Source of the DNA: an uncultured Candidatus Saccharibacteria bacterium
GTDB taxonomy: Bacteria; Patescibacteriota; Minisyncoccia; Phycocordibacterales; UBA9973
Direction of reading: 5' to 3'
NCBI GenBank assembly: GCA_964606285.1
Contig: CAZSFP010000003.1
Span: 84,967-148,966, forward strand
DNA length: 64,000 nucleotides
In this document: positions 27,014 to 36,557 of the stretch, piece after piece
Position numbering within the stretch: the stretch's first letter is position 1
Layout: every line of letters begins with the position of its first letter
Translations under genes and position numbers: made by a program
Notes under the pieces: generated by a model
Seen by the model: only the letters and a program-made list of their open reading frames with translations
Told to the model about the DNA's origin: nothing
Databases searched by the model: none

Positions 27014-27814
27014 ATGACCCTTAAAAATAAAATATACGCCTTTCTTGTTGCTCATTTTCCGCATCATAATTATGCTGACCATTCTCCTGTTTTTGATCAG
27101 AAAATTCATACACGATTTTTTCCTGTGATTTTTGAACATCCACACGTGCTCCATGATTCTCAGGAAACAATATTGTTTGTATTTGATGTTCAGACAGAAA
27201 AGTTTCTCAAAGTGTATCAATCTACAGGAACTGGCTCCCAAAAATGTTTTATTAACCAGGAACATTCAAAGCTCATTTTTGATACTGGTACCACAGGGTT
27301 ATGTATTATTGATTTCAGTTCTCAAAAAGAAAAAGATATTAAAATCTATTCCCGGCGCACTGCGATGACCGGCAGAATGCAATCAGTCGTATGGTCTGTT
27401 GACGGGAAGTCATGTATTGTTTTGGGAACTGATGAAACGTGTCTTTTTGGAATAGCTGAATTTGAAACAACAGATAACGGATATACTTTTCCAAAACATT
27501 CGCTGCCTTTTAAAATTGACTCTACTTTAAAATTTGTTCTGTATGCAAAACAAAATGACGAACGGACGCAAGGTAAATTTCTTTGTTGTTTACAGGGAGT
27601 TTCTCGTGAAGACGTACAGACAAACGTCTATATGCAGGTTTTTACAACAACCAAAAGAAATGGCGGTATGGAATTTAAAAACTGTTTTTCCAGTCTAAAA
27701 CCGTTTTATATTGATATCCGATCTTTTGAAAAAATAGATATACGTGCTTCTGTGGGAAAGAAAAGATTAGGTACAATAATTCTTGAACCATTTACTATTA
27801 CCGACATGAGTTAA
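27014..27814 (+). CDS. hypothetical protein (266 aa)
   Basis: ORF with promoter and terminator; no motif recognised. Confidence 0.5.
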   Translation: MTLKNKIYAFLVAHFPHHNYADHSPVFDQKIHTRFFPVIFEHPHVLHDSQETILFVFDVQTEKFLKVYQSTGTGSQKCFINQEHSKLIFDTGTTGLCIIDFSSQKEKDIKIYSRRTAMTGRMQSVVWSVDGKSCIVLGTDETCLFGIAEFETTDNGYTFPKHSLPFKIDSTLKFVLYAKQNDERTQGKFLCCLQGVSREDVQTNVYMQVFTTTKRNGGMEFKNCFSSLKPFYIDIRSFEKIDIRASVGKKRLGTIILEPFTITDMS

Positions 27815-27825
27815 TGGTTAAAAAT

Positions 27826-27856
27826 AAAAAATCCCCGTTTTGCGGGGATTTTTGTG
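27826..27856. terminator. bidirectional intrinsic terminator
   Basis: AAAAAATCCCCGTTTTGCGGGGATTTTTG. Confidence 0.55.
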
Positions 27857-27869
27857 TGAAAAATTTCAC

Positions 27870-28385
27870 TTAATTTTTTCTTTCGTAAAGTTCAAATGAA
27901 AATGCACACTCATGTTTTTCATCGGGTGGAAAGTTTATCGTTTCAGTTTCTTTTTTAGTGAATTGTCGCCATTCAATATCTGGAAAGAGGATATTGCCAT
28001 TCGCAACCTTGTGTACTCGGGTCACGTATATTGTATCGGCTATTTTTGCACCTTCTTCGTACAGACGGGTGCCACCACTAATGCAGATATTCTTTGTGGG
28101 ATCAGCAATTTTAATTGCTTCTTTCAGTGACGAAACAACGATTACATCATATTTTTCTGCCAAGCTTGTGTCGCTTGAAACCACGATGGTATCTCTGTTG
28201 GGAAGTTTTTTCTTTATCTTTTTTATTATTGATAAGAAAGTGATTTTCCCCATAATCACGGTATTTCCTGTGGTTTTTTCTTTATAAAACATAAAGTCTT
28301 TTGGTAAATACCAAGGGATTTCATCTTCATTGCCGATAACATTGTTGGCTGCTATTGCAACGAGCATGCATATATTGTTTTTCAT
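27870..28385 (-). CDS. folA: dihydrofolate reductase
   Basis: MLVAIAANNVIGNEDEIPWYLPKDFMFYKEKTTGNTVIMGKITF...; DHFR fold motifs. Confidence 0.9.
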   Translation of the reverse strand: MKNNICMLVAIAANNVIGNEDEIPWYLPKDFMFYKEKTTGNTVIMGKITFLSIIKKIKKKLPNRDTIVVSSDTSLAEKYDVIVVSSLKEAIKIADPTKNICISGGTRLYEEGAKIADTIYVTRVHKVANGNILFPDIEWRQFTKKETETINFPPDEKHECAFSFELYERKN

Positions 28386-28479
28386 GTTCAGTTTTTTAAG
28401 TTTTCTGCACTATACCAGAGAAAGATCACCCTTGCAATTGGGATGATTTGGGAGTACAGTGCAGAAAAATCATTGCTCT

Positions 28480-29493
28480 ATGACAGATACAAAACTATTG
28501 TTTGATCGTACAAAATACAGCGATACCAGAGAAGAATTGTTGGTAGATGCTGAGAAAATAATTGTTGCTATTGCTGACACTGTTCATATCACGACAGACA
28601 AGGCACTGGAACTTATTTTGAGAAAATCACTTACAACAAATACATATTATCTTTTGCAAACGCTCGTACTTTTTCTTGGTCATAAATACAAAGATGAAGC
28701 ATTCACGTTTCTCGCCAAAATTTCACTGAGAAAAGAAGACTTGTTCCGGGATATGAGAAACAAAAGTTTAAAGTGTGCACAATTGCCGGATTTTACATTT
28801 CAAAATTCCATTTCCAGTGCGGAAGCAGAAATGGGGTTCTCAATAAGAGATATCCTTACTGCAAGTGACAAAAAGAGTGTGTCCAATGACGGAGATGCTT
28901 TTGACCTTAAAAAGTTTATTCGGGGTAAAAAAAGAAAACAAGAAATAAAAAAAGTTCCCACCCTTTCTGTTGTCGATGTTCGTAAAATTGAAGTAAAATG
29001 TCTTTTGTATTTACAGGAGATGACACTAAGGGAATGCATGGATATTTTCTTTGCCGCAGTCATGATAGTTTTTTCATTTGAAAAAGAATCATTGTTTCTG
29101 ACAGGAAAATATAAATCAAACGGTATTCGTGTCAGACAGGGGGATGATGTCATTGTTCCCCGAAGAATGATGTGTTCGCTGGCAAGGAAGGCGAAAACCA
29201 AAAGAGAAGCTTCTTTGACGAACATCGCGGCATTTTTTACACCACCTGATGATGAGCCTGGTCATTCGAATACACTTCATAATATACGTGCTCATGAGGA
29301 TATTTTTGCAAACAATGCAAAATATCGAATGCAATATTTTGATTTTCTGACAGCTGTTCTTTTGCTAGTTTCAAAAATAGAGCCACTTGTCAAAGAACTT
29401 AATTTGGAAAGTATGAGCAAGCGGACATACATCGAAAGACGCAAAGAATTATTTGCTGCTGTTATCAGTGAATCAGTAAAAAAAATGTGCTGA
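28480..29493 (+). CDS. hypothetical protein (about 337 aa)
   Basis: ORF; an in-frame GTG at 28459 is also possible. Confidence 0.5.
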   Translation: MTDTKLLFDRTKYSDTREELLVDAEKIIVAIADTVHITTDKALELILRKSLTTNTYYLLQTLVLFLGHKYKDEAFTFLAKISLRKEDLFRDMRNKSLKCAQLPDFTFQNSISSAEAEMGFSIRDILTASDKKSVSNDGDAFDLKKFIRGKKRKQEIKKVPTLSVVDVRKIEVKCLLYLQEMTLRECMDIFFAAVMIVFSFEKESLFLTGKYKSNGIRVRQGDDVIVPRRMMCSLARKAKTKREASLTNIAAFFTPPDDEPGHSNTLHNIRAHEDIFANNAKYRMQYFDFLTAVLLLVSKIEPLVKELNLESMSKRTYIERRKELFAAVISESVKKMC

Positions 29494-29498
29494 ATTTA

Positions 29499-29527
29499 AA
29501 AATCCCCTCACGTAGGGGATTTTTTTT
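29499..29527 (+). terminator. intrinsic terminator
   Basis: AAAAATCCCCTCACGTAGGGGATTTTTTTT. Confidence 0.55.
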
Positions 29528-29539
29528 GCTAAATATCTA

Positions 29540-29767
29540 TTGTATGGTATGGTGTTTCAAAATACCTTAATAGAAACGACAATGGAAAAGGAATTTATGG
29601 ATAGTAAAAGTCATTTTGAAATATTGAAAAAAACCAGGGGAATAACACCGGCTCATATTGATTTTTTTCGTTATCTTGTTGCTGGGGCGGAAATTTGTTT
29701 TGAAGTAACAATTGAAGAATTATTGAAAGAAGGGAAATACGGAGAAACCTTGGTTTATGATGTGTGA
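29540..29767 (+). CDS. small hypothetical protein (75 aa)
   Basis: ORF only. Confidence 0.3.
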   Translation: MYGMVFQNTLIETTMEKEFMDSKSHFEILKKTRGITPAHIDFFRYLVAGAEICFEVTIEELLKEGKYGETLVYDV

Positions 29768-29770
29768 AAA

Positions 29771-30076
29771 ATGATGATTGTGATATTTGATGAGCGGTTT
29801 CATTTGAAAGACGCATTGACTGGTTTGTTTTTCAATAAAGATCGTTCAACGATTATTCATTCTATAAAACAACATCAGATATTTATGGATTCTACCAATG
29901 AGGTGGAATACAAAGAAAAATTTGAAAGATTCAAAATATTTGTAAATCATGATTTTTCTTCAGTCCTTGAAAAAGAAATGTTTTCAAAAGAAGAAGTTCT
30001 TGAAATTCTTCGTTTCAATGGGGTAAAACACCCATTGTTTCCAGTTAAGCTTGAAAAATCCCCCGCGAAAATGTAG
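29771..30076 (+). CDS. small hypothetical protein (101 aa)
   Basis: ORF adjacent to the previous one; C-terminus reads through the 5' arm of the terminator hairpin. Confidence 0.35.
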   Translation: MMIVIFDERFHLKDALTGLFFNKDRSTIIHSIKQHQIFMDSTNEVEYKEKFERFKIFVNHDFSSVLEKEMFSKEEVLEILRFNGVKHPLFPVKLEKSPAKM

Positions 30077-30088
30077 GGGATTTTTTTG
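30054..30088 (+). terminator. intrinsic terminator
   Basis: AAAATCCCCCGCGAAAATGTAGGGGATTTTTTT. Confidence 0.5.
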
Positions 30089-30129
30089 TTACGATTTTTC
30101 TGTTGAATGTGCTACACTTTTCGGTATCT

Positions 30130-31833
30130 ATGGATATCCAAGCGATTCTCAAACAAGCTATTGCGCAGGCATGCGCAGATCTTGATTTATCTGTATCAGA
30201 CATCATTCTCGAACATCCGGCGGATCTTTCGCACGGTGATTATTCAACGAATATTGCCCTTGCGAGTGCAAAGCAACTCGGTCGCAATCCGCGCGTTGTC
30301 GCAGAAATGATTGTAGAAAAACTCGAAGAACAACTTCCTGTAGCGGTTGAAAAAGTCGAGATTGCTGGTCCGGGATTTATCAATTTTTACTTGAACCGAG
30401 AATTTTTTACGCAAAGTATTTTTGATATCGGTAAGGCGGGGGCAGGATGGGGAAAGAACGATCATTTTGTCGGCAAGAAAGTGATGATTGAATACACACA
30501 ACCAAATCCGTTCAAACCATTCCATATCGGACATTTGATGTCGAATGCGATCGGGGAGTCTTTGTCGCGTATTATTGAAGCATCCGGTGCGACGCTTGTC
30601 CGGGCAAACTATCAGGGAGATGTTGGACTTCATGTCGCGAAGGCTCTCTATGGACTTTTACAAAAAGGTAAACCGGCAACTGATATGTCTGTCGGTGCAC
30701 AGGCACAATATGTCGGTGAACTGTATTCATGGGCGGCGGGTCTCTATGAGTCTGATGAATCTGTAAAAAAAGAAATTGATATTATAAACAAGAAAGTGTA
30801 TGACCGGTCTGATGAAAAAATAAACGAACTCTATGATTGGGGGAGAGAGGTGACCCTTGCTGCATTTGAAATATTATACAAAACACTCGGCACAAAATTT
30901 GATTATTATTTCTTTGAATCAGAAATGGCAAAGATCGGTGAAAAAATTGTTCGAGAAAATATTGGTCCAGTATTTGAAGAATCCGATGGCGCTATTGTTT
31001 TTCATGCAGAAAAATACGATCCGAAACTCCATACGCGTGTGTTCATTACGTCACAGGGTCTTCCTGCATATGAGACAAAGGAGGTTGGCTTGACGATTAC
31101 AAAATTTGAAAAAGAAAATCCTGATCTCTCTATCATCACGACCGCCATCGAACAAGGTGAATACATGAAGGTGGTCCAAAAAGCAGTATCCTTGATGCAT
31201 CCAGACTACGAATCTCGAATGAAACATGTCACACACGGTATGATGCGCCTCGCGTCTGGCAAGATGTCATCTCGCAAGGGAAATGTCGTGACTGGTGAAT
31301 CACTCATCAGTGATTCGATGGATATGGTGCTTGAGAAAGTAAAAGATCGTGAATTTACCGAAGAACAAAAAGCTATTGTTGCACAAATAGTAGGGGTGGC
31401 TGCACTCAAATACTCTATTCTCCGATCATCACTCGGGTCAGATATCGTGTATGATTTTGAAAAATCTATTTCCTTTGAAGGGGATTCTGGTCCATATCTC
31501 CAGTACACCGCAGTTCGAGCCAATTCAATTCTCGCAAAAGCCGAGAAAGTAACCGCCCATGATACCGTTCCTGAATATGTGACAGAGATAGAGCGAATAC
31601 TGTATCGATTCCCAGAAGTTGTATCGTATGCTTGTGCCGAACTTGAACCACATCATATCGCTGTTTATCTCACCGAACTTGCAAGTGCATTCAATTCATT
31701 TTATGCAAACACACGTATTCTCGATGAAGAAAATGAACATCGAGAATACCAGATCGCTATCGTCACGGCATTTTATACGACGATGAAGAATGGTCTCCAT
31801 CTCCTCGGTATTGAAACTCCAGAAAAAATGTAA
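30130..31833 (+). CDS. argS: arginyl-tRNA synthetase
   Basis: HIGH-type motif PFHIGHLMSNAIGESL, anticodon-binding C-terminus; start set to ATG 30130 (MDIQAIL...) past the upstream terminator. Confidence 0.9.
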   Translation: MDIQAILKQAIAQACADLDLSVSDIILEHPADLSHGDYSTNIALASAKQLGRNPRVVAEMIVEKLEEQLPVAVEKVEIAGPGFINFYLNREFFTQSIFDIGKAGAGWGKNDHFVGKKVMIEYTQPNPFKPFHIGHLMSNAIGESLSRIIEASGATLVRANYQGDVGLHVAKALYGLLQKGKPATDMSVGAQAQYVGELYSWAAGLYESDESVKKEIDIINKKVYDRSDEKINELYDWGREVTLAAFEILYKTLGTKFDYYFFESEMAKIGEKIVRENIGPVFEESDGAIVFHAEKYDPKLHTRVFITSQGLPAYETKEVGLTITKFEKENPDLSIITTAIEQGEYMKVVQKAVSLMHPDYESRMKHVTHGMMRLASGKMSSRKGNVVTGESLISDSMDMVLEKVKDREFTEEQKAIVAQIVGVAALKYSILRSSLGSDIVYDFEKSISFEGDSGPYLQYTAVRANSILAKAEKVTAHDTVPEYVTEIERILYRFPEVVSYACAELEPHHIAVYLTELASAFNSFYANTRILDEENEHREYQIAIVTAFYTTMKNGLHLLGIETPEKM

Positions 31834-31836
31834 AAC

Positions 31837-31866
31837 AAAAACCGCCCAGACTTGGGCGGTTTTTGT
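31837..31866. terminator. bidirectional intrinsic terminator
   Basis: AAAACCGCCCAGACTTGGGCGGTTTTTG. Confidence 0.55.
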
Positions 31867-31873
31867 TTTACAT

Positions 31874-32233
31874 TTATTTTTTCTTTGAAACCTTTTTTGC
31901 AGCAGATTGCGGACTTTTTAAATCACGTTTGATACTGTTCCATTTTTTCTTGAGATCACTAACAACATGAGCAACTTCTTCTGAGTCTACGCTACTCAAT
32001 TTGTGATATTTTTGCGAAATTGTATCAATGATATTTTCATACGCTTCTTTTGTGAGATCGTTTGATTTTTCAAGTTTTTCAATCGCTTCAGCTTTCATTT
32101 TTATCACCCATGACTTGAGTGCTTTTTGATTCTTTTTTCCTGAGAGGAAGTATGCGGCTGCCGCAACAGCGACAATACCTGCACCTACAAGTGCTATTTT
32201 CTTTCCAGTATTTTCTTTGTTCTTATTTTTCAT
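31874..32233 (-). CDS. YtxH-like small membrane-associated protein
   Basis: Gly-zipper TM (KIALVGAGIVAVAAAAYFLSG) followed by charged helical tail. Confidence 0.45.
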   Translation of the reverse strand: MKNKNKENTGKKIALVGAGIVAVAAAAYFLSGKKNQKALKSWVIKMKAEAIEKLEKSNDLTKEAYENIIDTISQKYHKLSSVDSEEVAHVVSDLKKKWNSIKRDLKSPQSAAKKVSKKK

Positions 32234-32456
32234 TGTGTTTATGTGTCTTTTTTTCTTTTGGTGAAAAGAAAGTTAAAATATTTTTGATAAAAGAGCTCAC
32301 ATGGTTTACGGCACCATCGAGTTTCTCGCTTGCACGAGAAATATTTCGGGCGGAGCGGATCGCATAGACAAGAAAGATACCCGCAAATACGCCGAGGACG
32401 ATGAATCCTACGGATGCGATAACAAAAAAGATATCAGATTTTGCGAGTGTTTCCAT
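32223..32456 (-). CDS. small membrane protein (DUF948-like, 77 aa)
   Basis: One TM (IFFVIASVGFIVLGVFAGIFLVYAI); overlaps downstream YtxH-like gene start (operon). Confidence 0.4.
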   Translation of the reverse strand: METLAKSDIFFVIASVGFIVLGVFAGIFLVYAIRSARNISRASEKLDGAVNHVSSFIKNILTFFSPKEKKTHKHNEK

Positions 32457-32512
32457 GTAGTACGATGTATCGTGAGGATACTCTTTTAGTATATCATGAT
32501 AGCTGATTTAGT

Positions 32513-32540
32513 TTGCATATTTTTTGATGTGGCGTATACT
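32513..32540 (+). promoter_or_regulatory. putative promoter of ileS leader
   Basis: TTGCAT, 16-nt spacer, TATACT. Confidence 0.3.
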
Positions 32541-32546
32541 CTGTGT

Positions 32547-32740
32547 ATAAGCGATGAAGAGGCCCCGTCCAGAATAATCCGGGCAGGAATCACCTCGGAG
32601 CTTTGGGAAGAAACCTTCGGGGAGTAGAACCCAATTAATGAGAGCCCCGCCAAAGGCGGGTAAAAACTAAGGTGGTACCACGAGCAGAAACTCGTCCTTG
32701 GATTATGATTATTCATAATTCGTGGACGAGTTTTTAATTT
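32547..32740 (+). promoter_or_regulatory. T-box riboswitch leader (isoleucine-type)
   Basis: Conserved T-box sequence AAGGTGGTACCACGAG (32669-32684); terminator AAACTCGTCC...GGACGAGTTTTTAATTTT (32688-32740); candidate specifier AUC in GGAAUCACC; directly upstream of ileS. Confidence 0.8.
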
Positions 32741-32743
32741 TAT

Positions 32744-35700
32744 ATGACAGAAAACAATCAAAAATCAGAAAAATCTCAGGCAGCGCTTCGCGAAGAAGCG
32801 GTATTACAGTTCTGGAAAGACAACAATATTTTCGATAAAACCCTAGAGAAGGAATCTCCGCGCGGTGACTTTGTTTTCTATGAAGGACCCCCAGGAGCAA
32901 ATGGTGTACCGATGCTTCACCATTTTGAAGCACGGGCGTTCAAAGACATCATTCCGCGCTACAAAACTATGCAGGGATATCGCGTTGATCGCCGTGCCGG
33001 TTGGGATTGTCATGGACTTCCTGTCGAACTCCAGGCGGAGAAAGAATTGGGTATTGCATCAAAAAAGGATATCGAAAATTACGGCATCGAAAAATACAAT
33101 GCGTATTGTCGTGAACTCGTGACTCGTTATATTCATGAATGGGATATTTTTACTGAACGGATGGGGTACTGGATCGACAACAATCGTGCCTACTATACGA
33201 TGGACAGTAGCTTCATTGAGTCATCATGGAATATCATCGCAAAAGCGCATGAACGCGGATTTCTTTATCAGGATTACAAAATATTGCCGTGGTGCGCACG
33301 CTGCGGAACGGGATTGTCATCGCATGAACTCGGTCAGCCGGGTGTGTATGTCGATGTGAAGGATTTGTCGGTGTATGCAAAATTTAAAATTGTCGGTGAA
33401 GAAAATACTTTTATGCTTGCCTGGACAACAACACCTTGGACATTGCCGGGAAATGTCGGGCTTGCAGTGGGTATTGATATTGATTATGTAAAATTTGAAT
33501 ACGACGGTTCTGTATATATATCATCTTTAGAGTTTTATAAAAAAGGAGGAAATATAGATTCTACTAAAGAGCTCCCTAAACTTTTAAAAACACTAAAAGG
33601 AAAAGAGTTAATTGAATTGGAATACGAGCCACTCTATCCATATCTCGCAGAACTCGATCGTGGTGATGAGAAATTGCAGAATGCCTACAAAGTCTATGCG
33701 GCGGATTTTGTGACGACAACAGATGGAACAGGTATTGTACATACAGCGGTTATGTATGGCGCGGATGACTTTGAACTTGGAACAAAAGTTGGTTTGCCAA
33801 AGTTCCATCTCGTTGATCCAACAGGTCATTTCATACAAGGGACAGGTAACTTTGCGGGACGATTCGTCAAAGACGAAGATGTCGCGATCGATGTCATCAA
33901 AGATCTCGCACACAGAGGTTTGCTTTTCAAAAAAGAAAAATACGAACACGCATATCCGCATTGTTGGCGCTGCAAGACGCCACTCATCTACTATGCACGA
34001 TCATCGTGGTACTTTGCGATGTCGAAACTTCGTGAGGAAATGGTTGCACGAAATCAAACGATCAATTGGGAACCGGTGCATATCAAAGATGGTCGATTTG
34101 GCGAATGGCTTCGTGATGCGAAAGATTGGGCAATTTCCCGTGAACGATATTGGGGAACACCGCTTCCTGTATGGATTGCTGAAGATGGCGAGAAGCTGGT
34201 TGTTGATTCGTTTGAAACGCTCAAGGAACACAGCACTGATCAAGTCACCAAGATCTTGTTTGTTCGCCACGGACAATCAGATGCAAATGTTCTCGGTATG
34301 TCATCGAGCAATCATGACACTCATCCTTTGACGGATAAGGGCAGAGAACAGGCACGTCATACAGCAAAGCTTTTGAAAGATCAAAACATAGATGTTGTTT
34401 TTTCATCGCCAATTTTGCGTGCACGACAAACTGCAGACGAATATTGTTTATTGGTTGGAAAAACAGCAATCATCGATGAACGCATCGCTGAAATAAAAAG
34501 TGGTAACTGGGAAGAAAAACCTGCGACTGATCTCGATCTTCTCGCGTCTCGAAAAGCGTACAAGGATTTATCTATAGAAGAACGATATATCACAAAACGA
34601 GGAGAAACTGGTGAAAGTTGGGCTGAAGTTGATGTTCGTGTCCAGAATTTTCTCAATGATGTTCTCGAGAAATACAAAGGCAAAACGATTCTTTGTTTTG
34701 CGCATCAGGGAACAGATGCAGTTGCACTGAAGCTCCTCAAAGGTCTATCCAACGAAGAATCAATTAAGACGATATTCCACAATATGGATCTTGTCGACAA
34801 TGGATCAATCGCGACCGTGTATGTCGATGCAAAAACAAAAAAAGAACTCGACCCACATCGACCGTTCATTGATGAAATAGTTCTTGAAAAGAATGGAAAG
34901 AAATTTACCCGTGTCAAAGAAGTCATGGACGTGTGGTTTGATTCTGGAGCAATGCCACTCGCACAGGATCACTATCCATTCCAAAACAAAGAAAAGATCG
35001 ACAATGGTGGGTATCCGGCAGATTTTATATCAGAAGCAATCGACCAAACTCGCGGTTGGTTCTATACACTTGTTGCCGTGTCTGCACTTATCGATCGGCC
35101 GGCACCATTTCAAAATGCCATTTGTCTCGGACACTTGCTCGATGCCGAGGGACAGAAAATGTCCAAATCAAAAGGCAATGTCATCAATCCATGGGAACAA
35201 ATGGATAAGTTCGGCGCGGACGCTGTTCGCATGTGGATGTACTCAGTGACACAACCGGGGGATTCAAAGAACTATGATGAGAAAGTTGTTCGTGAATTCA
35301 ACAACAAAATATTTGGCCTTCTCGGTAATGTCGTTTCATTCTATAAGTTGTATCGTGATACCTCACTAGAGCCTCTGGCATCCAATCTAAAACCTGCTCA
35401 CGTTTTGGATCAATGGATTCTTTCACGACTACATCAATTCACAAAGCTTGTTACAGAATCTCTCGATGCATACAAAATATTTGAACCGGCTCGTGGTTTT
35501 CGTGACTTTGTCGATGATCTGTCGACATGGTATCTTCGCCGATCCCGTGATCGACTCAAAGATGGTGATGTAGAAGCAAAACAGACACTCTATGTTGTTT
35601 TGAAAACACTTGCGAAGTTGCTTGCGCCATTTGCGCCGTTTACTGCAGAAGAAATGTGGCAGGAATTGAAACTTGATAATGAACAGGAAAGCGTCCATCT

Positions 35701-36193
35701 TGCCCCATGGCCAGTTTCAGGAGAAATCTCAGAAGAGCTACGGGAAAACATGCAGCTCGTTCGTGATCTCTGTGCTGTCGGACACGCGCTTCGCAGCAAG
35801 GCCGGTATCCCAGTCCGCCAAGTCCTCGCGACGTTCTTTGTCACCGAGGACCTCACAGATGCATACAAGGAAATCATGAAAGATGAAATGAATGTCAAAG
35901 CGATCGAAAAAGGTCCGGTTATTATTTTCGATGAACGTATCACTCCTGAACTCAAGCAGGAAGGGCAGTCACGAGAACTTATCCGTGCAATCCAAGATCT
36001 CCGCAAGAAATCCGGTCTCAACCCTGATGATGTCATAACATTGTCTGTATCTACAGATGAATCCGGTACAGCAATTATTGAATCGTTTGCATCCGACATT
36101 CAAAAAGTTGTGAACGCAAAAGAAATCGTCTTTGGAGAAAATGAAGGGGAAGAGATAAAAATTGATGAAATAGTATTTAAGGTTAAAATATAA
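32744..36193 (+). CDS. ileS: isoleucyl-tRNA synthetase with in-frame histidine-phosphatase domain insertion
   Basis: IleRS motifs (HHFEARAFKD = HIGH region; WISRERYWGTPLP; KMSKSKGNV). About 200 extra residues (nt ~34250-34870) between WGTPLP and DVWFDSG carry RHGQSDAN, SSPILRARQTA, GETGESW and CFAHQG, the histidine-phosphatase / dPGM signature. Confidence 0.9.
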   Translation: MTENNQKSEKSQAALREEAVLQFWKDNNIFDKTLEKESPRGDFVFYEGPPGANGVPMLHHFEARAFKDIIPRYKTMQGYRVDRRAGWDCHGLPVELQAEKELGIASKKDIENYGIEKYNAYCRELVTRYIHEWDIFTERMGYWIDNNRAYYTMDSSFIESSWNIIAKAHERGFLYQDYKILPWCARCGTGLSSHELGQPGVYVDVKDLSVYAKFKIVGEENTFMLAWTTTPWTLPGNVGLAVGIDIDYVKFEYDGSVYISSLEFYKKGGNIDSTKELPKLLKTLKGKELIELEYEPLYPYLAELDRGDEKLQNAYKVYAADFVTTTDGTGIVHTAVMYGADDFELGTKVGLPKFHLVDPTGHFIQGTGNFAGRFVKDEDVAIDVIKDLAHRGLLFKKEKYEHAYPHCWRCKTPLIYYARSSWYFAMSKLREEMVARNQTINWEPVHIKDGRFGEWLRDAKDWAISRERYWGTPLPVWIAEDGEKLVVDSFETLKEHSTDQVTKILFVRHGQSDANVLGMSSSNHDTHPLTDKGREQARHTAKLLKDQNIDVVFSSPILRARQTADEYCLLVGKTAIIDERIAEIKSGNWEEKPATDLDLLASRKAYKDLSIEERYITKRGETGESWAEVDVRVQNFLNDVLEKYKGKTILCFAHQGTDAVALKLLKGLSNEESIKTIFHNMDLVDNGSIATVYVDAKTKKELDPHRPFIDEIVLEKNGKKFTRVKEVMDVWFDSGAMPLAQDHYPFQNKEKIDNGGYPADFISEAIDQTRGWFYTLVAVSALIDRPAPFQNAICLGHLLDAEGQKMSKSKGNVINPWEQMDKFGADAVRMWMYSVTQPGDSKNYDEKVVREFNNKIFGLLGNVVSFYKLYRDTSLEPLASNLKPAHVLDQWILSRLHQFTKLVTESLDAYKIFEPARGFRDFVDDLSTWYLRRSRDRLKDGDVEAKQTLYVVLKTLAKLLAPFAPFTAEEMWQELKLDNEQESVHLAPWPVSGEISEELRENMQLVRDLCAVGHALRSKAGIPVRQVLATFFVTEDLTDAYKEIMKDEMNVKAIEKGPVIIFDERITPELKQEGQSRELIRAIQDLRKKSGLNPDDVITLSVSTDESGTAIIESFASDIQKVVNAKEIVFGENEGEEIKIDEIVFKVKI

Positions 36194-36195
36194 AT

Positions 36196-36501
36196 ATGGA
36201 AAAAGAATCATTTAAACAAGAAAATGATCCACGATTGGAAAAGCTTTTGGAATACATAAAACCAATAATTCAAAAAGAATATCCACTTGTTGATATTACA
36301 TTGGGTAATGTTCAAGATGAGTTTTTCTTGTCAGTTGTTCGACAGGGAGCGGGGAATTTTATCGGCTATGCGTCTTTTGATACTTTTGAAGAATTGGAAA
36401 CATTTTTATTTGAAGAAAAATATAAACCTTGGTTTGATATTGGAGAAAACACAAATAAAAAAAATTTTGGATTGACGGAGGGTGGTATCAGTAAAAATTA
36501 A
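36196..36501 (+). CDS. hypothetical protein (101 aa), coupled to ileS
   Basis: ATG 3 nt after ileS stop. Confidence 0.45.
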   Translation: MEKESFKQENDPRLEKLLEYIKPIIQKEYPLVDITLGNVQDEFFLSVVRQGAGNFIGYASFDTFEELETFLFEEKYKPWFDIGENTNKKNFGLTEGGISKN

Positions 36502-36505
36502 AATA

Positions 36506-36551
36506 AAAAAGTCTACACTTTGACGCGGTCACGTTAATGTGTAGACTTTTT
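36506..36551. terminator. bidirectional intrinsic terminator
   Basis: AAAAAGTCTACAC...GTGTAGACTTTTT with inner GACGCGGTCACG. Confidence 0.55.
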
Positions 36552-36557
36552 GCTTTT

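Noticed and set aside
34250-34870. Intein in ileS as the explanation for extra length
   Set aside because: There is no Cys/Ser at an N-extein junction, no His-Asn C-terminal splice motif, and no Hint blocks. Instead the full histidine-phosphatase motif set is present.
35590-36099. 169-aa minus ORF inside ileS
   Set aside because: Antisense to a very well supported aaRS gene.
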